A stretch of 64,000 bases of DNA from Candidatus Poribacteria bacterium. GTDB lineage: Bacteria; Poribacteria; WGA-4E; WGA-3G. The stretch covers positions 480,001-544,000 of the forward strand of contig OZ251518.1 of the NCBI GenBank assembly GCA_965242965.1, in the 5' to 3' direction. The position numbers and the translations under genes are program-made. Shown in pieces: positions 62,783 to 64,000 of the stretch (position 1 is its first letter; each line of letters opens with the position of its first letter). The notes under the pieces were generated by a model. It made no database searches. It was not told the origin of the DNA and saw only the letters and a program-made list of their open reading frames with translations.

Positions 62783-63388
62783 TCATGCCTTTTGCTCCAC
62801 CATGTTGACGAGGATACCAAGGATCCTATCGCACCGTTCGATCGTGTAGATTGCCATATCAAGGTGGAGCTGCTTGTCCTCTAGTTTGAGGAATTGCCAA
62901 TTGGTGCCTGTCGTCGTTGCACCATAAACAGCCCGGATATCATTCCCTTGTTCGGCATTAAAGCGTTGTGCGGCGAGCATCTCAGCGACACACTGCCCGA
63001 GCCCCAGTTTCAAGTCAAGATTTTTTGCCTCAACGAGGACGATGACAGGGGCCTCCAAATTGAGTTGGTCTGGCGACAGACTCACTAAAAAGTCGCACAC
63101 CCCAACTAAGCCATCCTTGGCATCGACGTTGAATTCAATGCCAGAAAACAGGCTAACACGCTCCTCAAAGTGTTCTCGAAGTTCAAACAGGATATCGGCG
63201 ACAATCAGTTCCGACCGGGCTTTCTCCGTGCCGATAGCGGCGGCTAACGCCGCCTTTTTCGCCAAGCCTGTGGTGAGATACGCGCTGGGTTCCACAGGCT
63301 CTATTTGAGAAAAGAGGCCAGTAGACAGAACCTTTTCAAGTTGGAACGTTTTCTGCGCTTCGATTAGCGTAAAGTTGCTATAAGCCAT
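62783..63388 (-). CDS. MAYSNFTL-type putative PD-(D/E)XK nuclease-fold protein, copy 1
   Basis: True start at ATG 63388 (RBS gaggagg), 201 aa; the longer ORF call overlaps dnaK. Confidence 0.8.
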   Translation of the reverse strand: MAYSNFTLIEAQKTFQLEKVLSTGLFSQIEPVEPSAYLTTGLAKKAALAAAIGTEKARSELIVADILFELREHFEERVSLFSGIEFNVDAKDGLVGVCDFLVSLSPDQLNLEAPVIVLVEAKNLDLKLGLGQCVAEMLAAQRFNAEQGNDIRAVYGATTTGTNWQFLKLEDKQLHLDMAIYTIERCDRILGILVNMVEQKA

Positions 63389-63442
63389 TGATATAGCCTC
63401 CTCTGCAATGTTCTCAAGGCAAAATCTAACGCGAGTGCTGTC

Positions 63443-63470
63443 GGGCGAGGATTTGTGCGAATCCTCGCCC
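63443..63470 (-). terminator. Hairpin after dnaK
   Basis: gggcgaggatt-tgtgcg-aatcctcgccc; no clear U-tract. Confidence 0.5.
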
Positions 63471-63485
63471 AGTTGAAATGGCACG

Positions 63486-64000
63486 CTACTTTTTGTCCTT
63501 CTTATCGTCGTCAACGACTTCGTATTCAGCGTCAACGACATCTTCGGCATCGGCACCGGCATCGGCTTCAGCATCGGCACCGGGTGGAGTTTCACCTGTC
63601 GCCTGCTGGTAAATCTGCGAGGAAGCCTCATGCCAGACCTGGGTGAGTGCCTCAGATGCGGCTTTGAGCTCCTCGTTGTTGTTCGCCGCCAATGCACTCT
63701 TGACGCGCTCAACAGCAGCGGAGACCTTTTCCTTCGTCGCATCGTCCACCTTATCGCCGAATTCCTGCAGGTTCTTCTCTGTCTCGTAGACGAGCGAGTC
63801 GGCGCGGTTACGGGTTTCAACTTCCTCCCGCTTCTGCTTATCCTCTTCGGCGTGTGCCTCGGCATCTTTCACCATCTGTTCGATCTCAGCATCGGTGAGG
63901 CCGGAGGAGGCAGTGATCGTAATCTTCTGCTCCTTGCCAGTTGCGGTGTCCTTGGCAGATACGTTGAGGATACCGTTGGCATCAATGTCAAACGTCACCT
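63486..64000 (-). CDS. dnaK: Chaperone DnaK, 3' part
   Basis: [49 protein letters not shown]. Confidence 0.97.
   Translation of the reverse strand, partial: VTFDIDANGILNVSAKDTATGKEQKITITASSGLTDAEIEQMVKDAEAHAEEDKQKREEVETRNRADSLVYETEKNLQEFGDKVDDATKEKVSAAVERVKSALAANNNEELKAASEALTQVWHEASSQIYQQATGETPPGADAEADAGADAEDVVDAEYEVVDDDKKDKK

Noticed and set aside
63389-63865. N-terminal extension of the 360-aa ORF
   Set aside because: Alternative frame of dnaK; the paralogs define the real start at 63388

Overview
Bacterial chromosomal window of moderately high GC. Gene content (LRR-dockerin-PNPFNP proteins, TolB-like propellers with a ...GKLTTQWxxIK tail, PhyH paralogs, dense GTAG hairpin repeats) resembles Candidatus Poribacteria or relatives; this assignment is inference. 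Core blocks: gcvH-gcvP, trkA-trkH, pdxH, a nuo operon (A-H, J-N; no nuoI; a VOC gene and a putative cation/H+ antiporter inserted), a full atp operon (DUF1992-like gene inserted), mdh and the 3' end of dnaK. Accessory content: two PIN toxin loci (one a toxin-partner fusion), a Uma2 nuclease, and a 38.8-47.6 kb island of secreted proteins around an atypical sigma-70 factor with a shared non-TTGACA promoter. Also two PhyH-type Fe/2OG enzymes lacking the HxD aspartate (HxA, HxG; halogenase-like), a type III R-M locus whose mod is frameshifted at a G9 tract (candidate phasevarion), a cohesin-dockerin protein and three tandem PD-(D/E)XK-like paralogs. Intergenic DNA holds at least three repeat families. 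Some clusters are bounded by a shared 15-bp terminal inverted repeat (one with a perfect 8-bp target duplication), and some repeats lie in-frame inside genes. All calls come from motif recognition by eye; no database searches were run.
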